From NCBI RefSeq assembly GCF_964188315.1, contig NC_135663.1:682001-746000 (forward strand): DNA of 64,000 bases. The letters are read 5' to 3'. Shown one piece after another: positions 46,028 to 58,204 of this stretch. The stretch is from Podarcis muralis. Its lineage: Eukaryota. Each line of letters starts with the position of its first letter. Within the stretch, counting starts at the first letter, position 1. The position numbers were made by a program, and so were the translations under genes. The notes below the pieces were generated by a model. The model was given only the letters and a program-made list of their open reading frames with translations, was not told the DNA's origin and did no database searches.

Positions 46028-46390
46028 TGGGCAGGACGAGCGGCAAAATCCCGTCCAACATGGCCAGCCTGAGACTTAAGGTCCACTGAGGGTTTCTTTA
46101 AAAACTGGCTTCTGGGCTCTTTGCTCTCTGCCCAGTACTTTTGTGACAACTGAATGTAGCCACGGTTGGGCCTCCCATGGGCAGAATGGCAGCCCAGGAT
46201 CCGTTTCCTGTCCCTTTCTTGGCGGCAGAAGGGCTTAGAGCTCTGAGTGGGAAGGAGAGAGAGTGAGCCAGGCTGGCTTCTACAAGGGGGAGGAGGGGAG
46301 GGTGTTCTGTGGCTTGCAGCCGAAGCCCCTCTCAGGAGACGTCCATTCAGCAAGTTCCACCTGGACATTTCATGTACTTAACCAGCTAAC

Positions 46391-46396
46391 AATAAA
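46391..46396 (+). terminator. NOP56 polyadenylation signal (further AATAAA at 46566 and 46892)
   Basis: AATAAA followed by T-rich sequence. Confidence 0.7.
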
Positions 46397-46861
46397 ATTA
46401 CTGTCTTTTTATAGCAGCTTTGCCTTTGGGTTTTCTGTTAGATGAGACCCAGGAAGGGGGTGTAGCAGAACAAAACGAGGTTTGCCCTTCCAAGTAGTGT
46501 GGCACATTCTGTTTATTCCATGTCTGTTGTGTATAAAGGTTTGCAGCTGTTGCAGATGCAGCTTGAATAAAGATGTTTGATGAGGGAGGTGTGTGGTTCT
46601 GGGCAGCTGGTGGGTTTTACTGCCAGCTTCTAAGCCAAGACACTCCACATTCAAGACTGAGGTAGCAAACAGTGAGCATCCCTGGTGCTCCAGTGGCTGA
46701 CTGCAAGATTTGCAGACTTCAGTTCTTTGCTTATAGCTGCTTTTCACTTGTCAGAGGTAGCTGAACTCCGCAGCCGGCCCCTTCTCACTTTCCCCGAAGA
46801 GTCCTCCAAGGCCTGCTAGGAGTATTTCATGCATACAACTCATGGGAGTGGCCACATTCAC

Positions 46862-46867
46862 TTTATT
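46862..46867 (-). terminator. Polyadenylation signal of the distal IDH3B last exon
   Basis: tttatt about 105 nt past the TAG at 46971. Confidence 0.7.
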
Positions 46868-46970
46868 TGTGCAACACTGAGCTAAGCTCACAATAAATTA
46901 ATTAGCAGAAGCAGAAAGCAGCATCATAATTAATCTCCGAATTCCTCCCCCATGTGTTTCTTGGCAAGCC

Positions 46971-47048
46971 CTACTCGCTCAGAGCTGTGATAACGGCACG
47001 TGTGAAGTCGTGGGATGTGGAGTAGCCGCCCATGTCTGGTGTCCGCAC
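46971..47048 (-). CDS. IDH3B: IDH3B distal alternative last exon (VRTPDMGGYSTSHDFTRAVITALSE*)
   Basis: ctctcttcacag|GTG; homologous to human VRTSDMGGYATCHDFTEAVIAALPHP. Confidence 0.9.
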   Translation of the reverse strand: MRTPDMGGYSTSHDFTRAVITALSE

Positions 47049-47689
47049 CTGTGAAGAGAGATGGGGAGGTTAGCAGAAAAGGCCATTTCTTCCCCCAGAA
47101 GAGTCCTTTGTGCAAGAATAATAATGTACCGCTTCCAAAACAAAGTCAATAGGAACAATATATATTTATGGAGGGAGCAATATGTGTTTGTGTCTAGGAA
47201 TTTAAAAACTTCCATATTTATTATGGCAGTGGCTCCAATTAGCTAAGTACTGTGGACCCTTTTTTTAACAAGGCCAAGCCATGGACCCCCAACTTTTGAA
47301 AATTGTGATCTTCATGGTGGTTTTTATTACGTGACTGGTGCCACGGACCACCAACTGGGAACTACTGTATTATGATATGAACTTGTATGGGCTGCAGTTC
47401 ACTGCATCGCATGCATTAAGTGTTATCCCAGGGTGGAATTGTGAAAAGCAAACTCTGAGGGAAAGGAAATGCCAAACAGTACCAGGTACCAATGTTAATT
47501 ATGCAATTACTGCTAACTTCCAAACAGTGGATTGCACATAATACATAATTGCAAAGAACTTCAAAGATTTTAAAATTCCTAACCTTATCCCTAAATTGCA
47601 AAAAATGGCTTGTTTTCCCTGGATCCTAAACCAAGAGGGAAGAGCTGCTGCAAAAATCTTAAAACCATGGAGAGACCTGGTCTGAACAA

Positions 47690-48030
47690 AGACATTGGAT
47701 TCTTATCTCATTATACATGACAAAGCCATTTTTCACCTTCTCACCCCTTGCTTTTTCCTGTAAGACCTATTGCAGTCGTTAAGAGTCGTCAACAGGCTCA
47801 TCACAGCTATCTGCCAATCACCCATTCCCACCACCCTTCTGAGTAATACCCCTCCCCACCTTCTCACTATATAGAAGGATCTGGCAACTTCTGTTTCAGT
47901 GTATCTGAAGAAGTGTGCATGCACACGAAAGCTCATACCAAGAACTAACTTAGTTGGTCTTTAAGGTGCTACTGGAAGGAATTTTTTTTGTTTTGACTAT
48001 GGCAGACCAACACGGCTACCTATCTGTAAC
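47690..48030 (+). mobile_element. Penelope-like (Poseidon-type) element 3' end
   Basis: tctgaagaag...cacgaaagctcatac, gttggtctttaaggtgctac and agaccaacacggctacc motifs; 5' boundary approximate. Confidence 0.75.
47901..47938 (+). ncRNA. Minimal type-I hammerhead ribozyme motif
   Basis: GTAT-CTGAAGA-A-GTGTGC AT GCACAC-GAAA-GCTC-ATAC. Confidence 0.75.
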
Positions 48031-49989
48031 TGCAAAAATCTTCCAAGAGATGATGGGGAGTGACTTGTTCAGGACTGCCACCTGCTGGAGTTTCAAATTA
48101 AAAAGATCATGCAACAGAGGGGGGTATTAAGAAGGGACCTGAAGCCACACAGATTATGCCCTCATTTCTGCTGCAGATCCCATGATTTACAAACTCCTCC
48201 CTTCTAGTTTACAGTCTGCTGTGCAGACAGGGAGCCAAAGCAAGAGCTGGGCCCACTGATCACTAACTGCAACGGATCTGCAGCCTTGCTGCTGCAGGAA
48301 AGAGCAGAGCACTCAGGTCTCCTCCTTCCTCTTGAGGCCACTGCTGGCTTTCTTAGCCTTGACTGCCTGGCCAGCCTTTCAAGCCATCTAGCCACCCTCC
48401 CTTTTTGTTTTCCAAACTCTTGCTTTCACCCCCAATTATTTTGGCCTATGGTGCAAAGGGGGGTTAGACGCTCTTTCCAATCTAGGCAAAAACTTCAGCT
48501 GTTAGAAGCTGAAGATAAACATGAATGATCAGAAGCAACAGAGACAGATAGAAATAGACTGGTGACATTTCATCTGGTGTTTATTTCGTCTTGTCTCTCT
48601 CCCGTCCTGCTTTGCTCAGCTCTTTATGGAAATAAGTGACTGCAACACAATGGTGGACATTGTTAGAAACTGAGGTATGGAAGCCAGGAGCTAAGTGGCA
48701 CCTTAAAATATGTTCATTCTTCACATGGTCTAGTCCTTCCCTAATATTTTAAAGAAGGTCTCTTCTCCAGAGTAGCTGGAAGTGGGGAGGCAGAAAAAGG
48801 CCCTCTTTTCCTTCCACTCTGCAGGTTTAATCTGAAATCTCAGGTGCAGTACTGCACCCAGAGCTCAGAAACTGCTTGCACTAATGAAATTTCCTGTCGC
48901 AAAAGGCACCTAGAACAGTGGGAGTTTTGAACAGTAATTTCCTCTTTTTTAAAAAACTGTAATGCGGCTGAGTCTTCCCATTTGATTGCTTTTGCCTGCT
49001 CATAAACTGGTATGGTCAAAGAGGCTCCTTACAGTTCAGCAGCTTGCAGTTTACAATCTTGTAACAAAGATTGTAAACATTTCAAAATGCACAGTTAATT
49101 TCTAATTATTGTTTGAACACAAACTGAACTTTTAATATACCAAACATAATTTAATGGTAAACCAAGTTACACATAACATGTTTTATATTCCTAAAGGAAC
49201 AAAGTGACTTTTGACGTGCACTAACAAACTATTGCATATTCTCCATTTCTACCCAAATTTGGTATTCCCTCCCCCCCCCCACAAAACTCTCTAGCAAAGA
49301 TCTGGTTCTTTTTCAGTGACTTCAGAAGACTTCTCTAAAGCTGTCTGGAGTTGGCAGACAGTACAAAGTCTTGCGGAAATCATTTTTGTGGCCAGTCCTT
49401 CATTTACTAGTAATCCATTCGATAGGGTGACATTTCTGGCATTATGTCAAAAACCACCTCTATTCTCACCATGCTGTCAAGTGCAGGAGCTGTTGCTGTG
49501 CTGCCCTCATTGTGTGCAAGTCTCGCCCTCCTACAAAGCCATGAAGCAAAACATGCAAGGACCCTTTCTAAGCAGGTCTGTGAAATAATCTTTTGGTTCT
49601 CACCTGACAGCGTTTTTAACCAATGTGTGGTCAGAGCTGTGAATGATGAGAAAGTTGTTTGGACACCACGAAGTAGGAATCCCTGAGGTCCTAAAGAGTT
49701 TTTGTCCTTTCTGAGTAGTCTTTGTAATCTCAATTCCCTGCCCGCCCAAATCAGGATTTTTCTTTTCTGTGGTGAGTTTGTCTGAGATCAGGTAATCCCT
49801 ATAAGTTCCTTTGGCAACTACCACTTAAACAGCAAGTGCGGGTGAATCTTCAATTGTGCGAGGGGAAAACGGCTTCCTCTCAACCGATGGGCAACGGAAC
49901 AGAAGCCTCGGGCGACACAAAGCCCTGCCTGGTACTGTGGATTTCTTCTGCAATTATTGTAAAGTTCCACCGTGTTTCTACAGGACTGT

Positions 49990-50405
49990 TAGTTGTACTG
50001 GGGGAACTTTAAGTTGAGGTCAAGCAGGATTATAAGATAAATAGAAAATCCTTGGAAGTAACAAATAGGCTTAGGGGTAGAATAAGGATACGTGGTAGTA
50101 AATATTAAGGATTAGAATATTAATAAAGGAGAAGAGGTTAGTAAATGAAAGGAGTTAATATTATTAGAAATATGAACTTGGAGAACTGTTATAAAGGTGA
50201 TATAATGAAATTCAGCTAGAGGGGATTCGAGGAAGTCAGTCAACAATGTGATGAAAGTTGGATATTTGAAGAGATCTTTTTTCCTTTCTTGTGTTTAGTT
50301 TATTGTAGTGTGGTGTGTGTTTTTTCTTTGTTGTGTATTTTGTTACGTTATTTTTGTGATGAATGTTGAAAAGCAATAAAATTTTTGGGAAAGGGAAAAA
50401 AAAGT
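49990..50405 (+). mobile_element. L1-like 3' UTR fragment
   Basis: Purine-rich then GT-rich tract, AATAAA and A-rich tail; boundaries approximate. Confidence 0.45.
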
Positions 50406-50924
50406 TGAGGTCAGGCAGGGTCTGGGAGAGGAGCAAAGACAGGAGCGCAATCGGCAAGGCTCTGAAGGGCTAGTCCTGCAGAAGCCAGAGCGGAGCCCTT
50501 TGTTGTCGCTGCAGAGAAGCACTGGCTGGGAAGGACAAAGCAGAAGATCTTGGCTGAAGGACAGGAGGACCAACAGCTTCCGAAGAGACAGGAGCTGCAC
50601 CAAAGTGGGACCCTCTTCCTTGGGGGGCGTTGGGCTGTCCTTCGCTGGAGGCGTTGCAGTAGGGGCTGACAGCCATCGTGTCAGGGATCCTGCCATGTGC
50701 AGGCAGCAGGGTGCGCTAAAAGACCGCAAAGGTCCTTTGCCACCCCACAACTCCTTTTGCCTTTCTCACTGCTGCCACACAGGGAGCCAACGTTTCCCAC
50801 CTGCTGTCTACAACCCCTTCCCCACCAGCTCAGACCCCATAAGCACAGACGTGAAGGGAGGACCTTGGCCGCCCACCCCAGGCACAGCAAATATACTTAC
50901 TTTCAGCGAATTGTTCATACTGTA

Positions 50925-51367
50925 CAGGGGTTCCTTGGTTCTCATACGCCTTGGGACTCAAACAACTTGGAACCCAAACACTGCGAACCTGGAAGTATGT
51001 GTTCCTGTTTGCGAACTTTTTTCGGAAGCTGAACATGCTCCGTTTTGAGTGTTGCGCTGGGGTCTGTTTTTGCTATTTAGTTTGCCTTTGTTTTTGTGTT
51101 TGTGGCATTTATGTTTTGTTTTTGTGGCTGTGTGGAACCCAGTTCAGCTACTGATTGATTGTGTGACTGCAGTACATTGTTGCTTTCATTTTAGGGATCA
51201 CTGGTCTCGTTAGATAGTAAAATTCATGTTAAATTGCTGTTTTAGGGGTTGTTTTTAAAAGTCTGGAATGGATTAATCAATTTCCCGTTACTTTCTATGG
51301 GAAAGCGTGCCTTGGTTTTGGAACGGACTTATGGAATGGATTAATTTTGAGATCCAAAGTACCACTG
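50925..51367. mobile_element. pogo/Tigger-like MITE
   Basis: Degenerate left TIR, right ccaaagtaccactg, TA flanks; interior resembles the 14734 element. Confidence 0.7.
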
Positions 51368-51772
51368 TACTTATCTGCCATTTCGTGGCCTGTCGCCTGC
51401 CTGGGAGAGAGCCCTTTGGAGCTCTTCAGAGCTACCTCCTGTTTCCCATGAGTTTCGCTCGCAAGCCTGGCCACCTGACCTCTGACTCCAGATCAGGGAA
51501 CCCCCCCCCCAGGCCCGGCACCATCCTTTGGGCACCCCACTTTTCACTTCTCTCCATTCACCCCTCAGCGCTTCCTGTTCCTTAAGCAGCTGTTCGCTCA
51601 GGGGCTTTTGGCCCTCGACCAGGCAAATGCTGCTGGGAAATCCTGGTCTGCTGCATCTTCCCAATCCTTGTAGAAGCCAGGCTGCCCCTCCTGCTCACTG
51701 GGGCGCTCAGAAGGGCAACTTCAGCAGCACTTTCCAGCATTTGTCAGGAACAGAGGGAGTTAAGCTGACATA

Positions 51773-52051
51773 CAGTGGTGCCTCGCAAGAGGAAATTAAT
51801 CCGTTCCGCGAGTCTCTTTGTCTTGTGGTTTTTTCATCTTGCGAAGCACGGCTATTAGCGGCTTATCGGCTATTAGCGGCTATTAGCGGCTTGGCGGCTT
51901 TAAGAAAAAGGAAACAAACTCGCAAGACGTTTCGTCTTGCGAAGCAAGCCCATAGGGAAATTCGTCTTGCGGAACGACTCAAAAAACGGAAAACCCTTTC
52001 GTCTAGCGAGTTTTTCGTCTTGCGAGGCATTTGTCTTGCGGGGCACCACTG
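51773..52051. mobile_element. pogo/Tigger-like MITE (cagtggtgcc family)
   Basis: cagtggtgcctcgcaag ... cttgcggggcaccactg. Confidence 0.85.
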
Positions 52052-52998
52052 TTCTGAGTTTCCTGAATCCCCATTTATTTAAAAATATTTCTATGTCACC
52101 TTCCATAAATCCTAAGGCGCTTCACAAAGCACACCTTAGAAGTACAAGTGGCCCATCAGGGAAGAGGCTAAATGAACAGGCATCCCTATAAGCAGGCCAG
52201 CCAGCAACATCCTTGGAACCGGGGGGGGGGGGGGGGGGGATCTTTAGCAAGAGCTTAAATGACACAGCTGCCAGCACCTGCCTCCTGGTTACCATAAGGA
52301 GGCCTTCTACTGGCACCCCCACCCTGGTCTGAAGTGCTGCCGGGGGGGGGGGGGGGAGCAACTGGAGCCCTTTGCCACTGAAATGCCCTCTCCAGGGAGG
52401 CCTGCCTGGCACCCCTCACCATGGCTGTTTCTTCTTTGAACATCTCACGTGTATAGTTCTAACTTGTGGGAAAATCTAAACAACCTGGATGAATTGCTGG
52501 TGGTAAGCGTGATGCTCACTTTCTGCTGTAGTGTTTACTGCTTTGCAAGTCATGGTATGTATGGTCATGCAATGATGCTGAAGGCGCAGGATGGACAGTG
52601 TGCAAATGAATATGGAGGCAGGGAGAGGAAGCTCTAGTAGGGCGGGAAGAGGACGTCTGTTGTTTCACGCGGACATGGAACAAACCCTAGAGCCAGAAAG
52701 GGAGAGGGGAGCATCCGTGGGGCTCCGTTGGGGGGCCAAGAGCAGGGAGGGAGGGAGGCAGACCCAGGCGAAGCCTCTGGCTCCTGCCCACTCCAGGGCT
52801 GCCAGGTCAGTTGGGGCTGGGCAAATGCTTAGCCATGCAGAGGTTCCCCACGGCTGGACCTTCTCCAGGGGCCTGGTCTGGAGTCCAGAGGCCCAGTGCT
52901 CTCCCTCTGGGGTCCACAGCAGAGATGTTGCCAGGAATCAGACACACACAGCCCCAAGGAGGGAGCAGAGCCACTTGGTGCAGAAAATCCACAACAGT

Positions 52999-53004
52999 TT
53001 TATT
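52999..53004 (-). terminator. Polyadenylation signal of the proximal IDH3B last exon
   Basis: tttatt about 900 nt past the TAG at 53905. Confidence 0.65.
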
Positions 53005-53904
53005 CACAATTAATATGGAGTATGATGACAGCTGAGCACACGTGGGATTCTCTGCCCACGCGCTCACGCCAACACAGCCAGCTGGCCTCAAAATGAGACA
53101 ACCCCCATGGGGGTCAAACCACCACAGGCAGATTCCGACAAATCCCCACGACCTGGATTTCCGTGGGCCTAAAGGTCCATCTGCAGAGACTGGTGCTGGG
53201 CTGTCATGATTCTGCAAGGGACCACAGCTGTAACAAAATCTCCTTTTTACCCTCCCCACCCCTCTCTCTCACACACAGAGCACTCCTCCTCCTGTGTCAG
53301 AACTGCAGGAACCAAGGGTCTAGCCACAAAAGGTACCCTCCTCAGCAAGGTGGGGGGACTGGGACCCTTCCCCACAAAGGTCACAGCATCACCTGCAGAG
53401 CTCAGCTTTGCTGAAAAGGGACTATGGGCAGGATAAACCTCTTTCCCTTGAAAGGGGGACCAAGGCCAGTTCCAGCCTGGGCTTCAGTGGGAAGGGGGGG
53501 TATTTCCACCCAGAGAAAGAGGGGGAATGGGAGGGGGCAGAGCAGCCTGAAGGACCCCAGCCTCTCAAGAGTGCCTGCTTTCAAAACTATGGGCAAGTCT
53601 TTGTGGGGGGCTCCAGGGGAAGGCCTGCCTGGGGACCCCAGGCCTGGAGCAGTTCCCAAAGGCTCACAGCACCGAGGAGTGTCCTCAATTCATCTATGGG
53701 ACCCATACCCAGGGTTAAGAGATTTGGGGGGGGGGGGCAAGAAAACATTCCCTCCCCAGTAGGGACCGGCCAGCTTCAGATCTGAGACGCAAGGGAGAGC
53801 ACGCCCAGATCTCTTCCGAGACAGGCAGCCCCGAGGGAGGAGGTGTCTGTGGCGCCCATGTGCTGGGGGGGCCGGGCGGGGAGCAGCCGAGGGCCAGGCC
53901 AGCC

Positions 53905-53994
53905 CTAGGCCCCGTAGTGGGGGTGCAAGTGGTCAATCACAGACTTGACGAAGTCAGAGGTGGTCGAGTAACCGCCCATGTCCTGCGTCCGCAC
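53905..53994 (-). CDS. IDH3B: IDH3B proximal alternative last exon ([29 protein letters not shown])
   Basis: ttgtag|GTG; homologous to human [23 protein letters not shown]. Confidence 0.92.
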   Translation of the reverse strand: [29 protein letters not shown]

Positions 53995-55103
53995 CTACAA
54001 TCCAACACAGGGAAGGAGGGGAGAGGGAGACAGACATGTGGCTGTGAGATGTGGGAGGGGGGAAACACGAACCCCCCCCAAAAAAAAACAGGGAAGGGGA
54101 CAGTCCCAAGCTGCACCCAGAGAAAGTGAGAGGCAGAGGGAGACACAGAGACACTCTCACCCCACCGAGGCCACAGACCACAAGACGGCACATCTGTGGA
54201 CCCCACAAGACGGTCCACAGAAGGCTCTGAAGAGGGGAGATGACAGGACAAGGGGAACAGCTGGGAGAAGGGGGCAGAAGACGCAGGACCCCAGCCCCAT
54301 TTCCCGCTGGATGCCAGCAAGTACACATGGCTGGCTGTTTGCAGCTGCAGAGAGGAGAGAGGCTGTGCTGGGAAGAGTCGCATCCTGTGAATGGGACCAA
54401 GAACCAGTCGTGCCACAAGCGGCGAGGTCCCCCCAAAGGGGTCTTCCTTAGGGGAGTCACAGGGATGGAACAACCACACACACAAGATTCCCAATCAGGT
54501 TCTGCGTGAGAGAGAGGCGGCCCTGTTTGTGGCCAGGCCCCAGGGTGGGAGAAGTCTGAGATGGGTTGGGGGCAGGCACTAGAGTCCATCGTCCCTTCCC
54601 TGCCAAGGGAATCTGATCTTTATTCCCGGTTCCACACAGAGAAACTGGTGTCTCTCTGAGAGCTGGCTGGTGTGCAAGGCCTTGGGGGAGAATGGCAGAG
54701 CCTCCTTTGTGGTGGCTCCCAGGGGGGTGGACTGACCTCACTCGGAGGGATGTATGCCTGGCCACCATTGGCCAATTTACCCAGGAGGCCTTGGGCTGAG
54801 CAGGAGACTTCCCTCCTGCTGCTGCTCTGTGAGGCTGTTTTGTTACTTTTGTAATTTGGGGGGTTTTATTTTAGGAGTTTTTGGTGGGGCGCAGGAGTGG
54901 GCCTTCTCAGGAGCTGGGCTGCCTCCCTCTTTGCTGTCCTTCTGTGGGCAGATGAAGCCTGTTTTGTTCCAACAGGCCTTTGGGAACTGTTTTTTAAGCA
55001 AGGGCTTTTAATTGTGCTGTGCTGTTTTTGCTATCTGTACTTTAAAGGATTTAATTTTACGCTGTTTTAATTCTATTATAGTTTGATCACTTTTTAACTT
55101 TTA

Positions 55104-55317
55104 CAGTGGTACCTCGGGTTAAGTACTTAATTCGTTCCAGAGGTCCATTCTTAACCTGAAACTGTTCTTATCCTGAAGCACCACTTTAGCTAATGGGGCC
55201 TCCTGCTGCTGCCGCCGCCGGAGCCCGATTTCTGTTCTCATCCTGAAGCAAAGTTCTTAACCCAAGGTACTATTTCTGGGTTAGCGGAGTCTGTAACCTG
55301 AAGCGTATGTACCACTG
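55104..55317. mobile_element. pogo/Tigger-like MITE
   Basis: cagtggtacctcggg ... gtaccactg, TA flanks. Confidence 0.75.
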
Positions 55318-55720
55318 TATATGTTTTTTGCTTTTCTATTTTATTTGTGCTGCTTTAATTTGTGTAAGCTGCCTTAAGTCCTGCGCTGAGGAAAAGGAGG
55401 GGTATAAATAAATATAATAATAATAATTTGAAAATAATTTTAAGTAGGATATTTTTGTGATCCACCCGGGCACTATTTGATGAAGGGTGAGCTCTAAGTA
55501 CAAACAAGCCCCAATAGCCTCCTCCTCCTGGGGGAGTGAGTCAGCTGCCCTGGCAAATTCTGCCCCCCCTTCTCTCCTTGGCCTGAACTCCCCCCCCCAA
55601 CTGCCCCAACGGAGGAACCTGCCAGCCAGAACTGGGCACAACACGGAGGGAAGAGAAGCAGAGACAGGCTCAGCACACAGCAGAAAGAAAAGGACAGAAA
55701 TCAGACAGCTCAATACTCAC

Positions 55721-55781
55721 TTTGCCAACTTTGATCACCTTCCTGACGGCGTCCGAGATCATGGTGGAGTGGTATTCCAAG
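55721..55781 (-). CDS. IDH3B: IDH3B exon 11
   Basis: LEYHSTMISDAVRKVIKVGK; 61 nt. Confidence 0.96.
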
Positions 55782-56256
55782 CTAGACAGGGGAGGAGGAA
55801 AGAGGAGGCTGTCACGAGGAGTAATAACCCTGTGAGGTATGTCACCCCGGCCATCACCTCTTCATAGCTATCAACCTTTCCCTTTTCTTGCAGGGAATCC
55901 TATTCGGAATAAGGGAATTTCCCTTTAAAAAAGGGAAATGTTGAGAGCTATGCACCTCTTTAATCTTCTGCCCTTGGGAAGGAGATATAGAAGTATAATC
56001 AGCCGTACCAACAGGCTAAAAAATAGCTTTTGTCTGGGGGCTGTTAGGCTGTTGAACGGAAAATAACACAGTGAAATTGATTTGTGAGGTGGTGTGTTGT
56101 TCGATAAGCACACAGAGTGCAATGAGACTGAGTGTTGGGGGGGAGGGAGGCTCATTTAATTTCATTGTACACAGGTTGTACAATGACAAGGAAGGTGGTA
56201 TTATTATTCTGCTGGAAGGCTCCCCACCCTCTTGCCACTCAGCCCAGGGAACTCAC

Positions 56257-56351
56257 TTGAGATGCCTCAACATGTTGGCCGAGGAGAGCAGCATGGCCGT
56301 GGGGTTGGCGATGTTTCTGCCCACTGCCTGAGCAAAGGGGTGACGGGCGCC
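56257..56351 (-). CDS. IDH3B: IDH3B exon 10
   Basis: [22 protein letters not shown]; 95 nt. Confidence 0.97.
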
Positions 56352-56460
56352 CTGGAAGGAAGGAAAGGGGAAAACGCTCTCAGACACGTCGTGCCGCCCA
56401 GTTTCCCCTGAAGCCCCCGGGACGGAGGGAGGGCGAACCCGGCCCCGCTCAGTTCCTCAC

Positions 56461-56607
56461 CATCTCAAAGACGGCGTATTCGGCACTGTAGCTCTCTCCA
56501 GGAACCACGCCGGCTCCACCCACCAGGCCGGCCGCCAGGTTGTCGATGATGTTGCCGTACAAGTTGGGCATGACCAGGACGTCAAACTGGTAAGGGTTTT
56601 GCACCAG
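56461..56607 (-). CDS. IDH3B: IDH3B exon 9
   Basis: [31 protein letters not shown]; 147 nt. Confidence 0.97.
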
Positions 56608-56893
56608 CTGGAAGGAAGACACAGCACACCATTGCACGTGGAATCGCGGCAGGGATCACCCTCCTGTCATGCCAGTCTCACGGGCAGCTCACATTTTTGT
56701 GCCCAAGCTCCTCTGCAGGCCACATGCCAGGAGGGGGTGAGGCCGCCCAGCAACCGAGACTTGCAGGGGCACACCACCAACGCTGGGGGACTCGTCTGGC
56801 AACCCACAAGCCTGGGCAGAGGGGAAGGGTCCCCAAGGGAATGCATCTGCTGAAGGAGGCAGGGGGAGGGAGGGGCCGAGGGGCCTGAACTAC

Positions 56894-56996
56894 CTGCATG
56901 CAGCAGTTGTCTATGATCATGGTGTCAAATTTAATCTTGGGATACAACTCGGACACCTCTTTACAGCAGCGCAGGAAAAGCCCATCGCCCAGTTTC
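56894..56996 (-). CDS. IDH3B: IDH3B exon 8
   Basis: [11 protein letters not shown]...IIDNCCMQ; 103 nt. Confidence 0.97.
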
Positions 56997-57333
56997 CTGA
57001 GAGAGAGAGAGAGAAGGCAGTTTGAAATTCTGGACGCTGTCCAAAGTGGGTAAGGTGGAAACAGTAGACAGACTTGGGGTGGAATTCAGCGAAGGCTGAC
57101 CCACTGAAAGGAAGGAGCATGATCATGTTAGGCCATTCATCTCAACAGGTCAACCACTTTGTTCCATGGAATTGGCTCTGTCCCCAAGGGTCGTTCAGCA
57201 TTTGTAAGAACATGACCCCTTAGTGTGGCAGCACAAACACTTGGGAACCCCCTGGGTGTTGAGATGGGGACTGGGGGCAGGAAAAGGAGCCCCCAGCCGG
57301 CCGGCCCCTGCCCTCCCGCTGCTCCCCACTCAC

Positions 57334-57467
57334 ATGATGTTGGCTTTGTGGACGGCCGTGACCTTGGAGCGCCCCTTCTTGGTGGCAAAGTCAAAGGCAA
57401 ACTTGGCAATGCGCTGGGACTTGGCCCGAGTGATGATCTTCATGCACTCGATGACACCCTTGGCACT
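57334..57467 (-). CDS. IDH3B: IDH3B exon 7
   Basis: [25 protein letters not shown]...VHKANI; 134 nt. Confidence 0.97.
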
Positions 57468-58204
57468 CTGAGCACAGAGGGGGCACAAGCAGCACAAACC
57501 ACATGAAGGAAGGCTTTGCCCCCACCAAGCCCCCCCCCCCTTTCAAGCACAGGGTGGGAAGAGACATCAGGTCTCCTGGGCTCTGCTCAGAGACTGGCTC
57601 CACCTGGCTCTTCCTCCTCCTCTGCCCCCTCCTGCATGAGAACTGTTTCCTTTCAAACTTTAAGAACTGGTGCCAGGGTTTGCTTGTTTTCCTCATCCCA
57701 TCCCAACCCATTTCCTTTTGTGCTGCGTCTTTTGGAATGTAAGCCTGCCAACAGGGGTTGTCTTGTACATCAACGTTCTTAGGCAAGTTGCCCTTAGAGC
57801 GAAATGAACCTGCTTAGCATGAATGAATGAATCTGAAGCAAGCAGAGCCTGCCTTCTCCAAGCCAAGGGGAGAAGCCCCACACCAGAGGGGTGTACAGTT
57901 AAACAGACTGGCTCCTATCCCACTAGAAAACTGCTTTGCATGCTCCCCTTCCGACCTCCACCCCAAAGGTTCACACAAGCTTTGTCTCCTCCCCACTCCC
58001 CATTTTACTGTGGGGGCTGTCAGTGTACACAGCCTTTCGCCCCCGACCCCATTACCAAACATTACGTTAGAAACGTCCTTCCCATTCACACAGCGGCTCT
58101 CGCACTCCCTGCATCTTGCTCAATTGCGTAACATTAGGCAAACTGCAGAACCAGCACAGCCAGGAACAGAAGCCCTTCCAGCAGATGCCAAACAGATATA
58201 ATAA

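Noticed and set aside
53161-53190. Acceptor-like ctgcag|ATG in the IDH3B proximal 3'UTR as a third last exon
   Set aside because: Reads MDL* immediately with no similarity to the two real terminal exons
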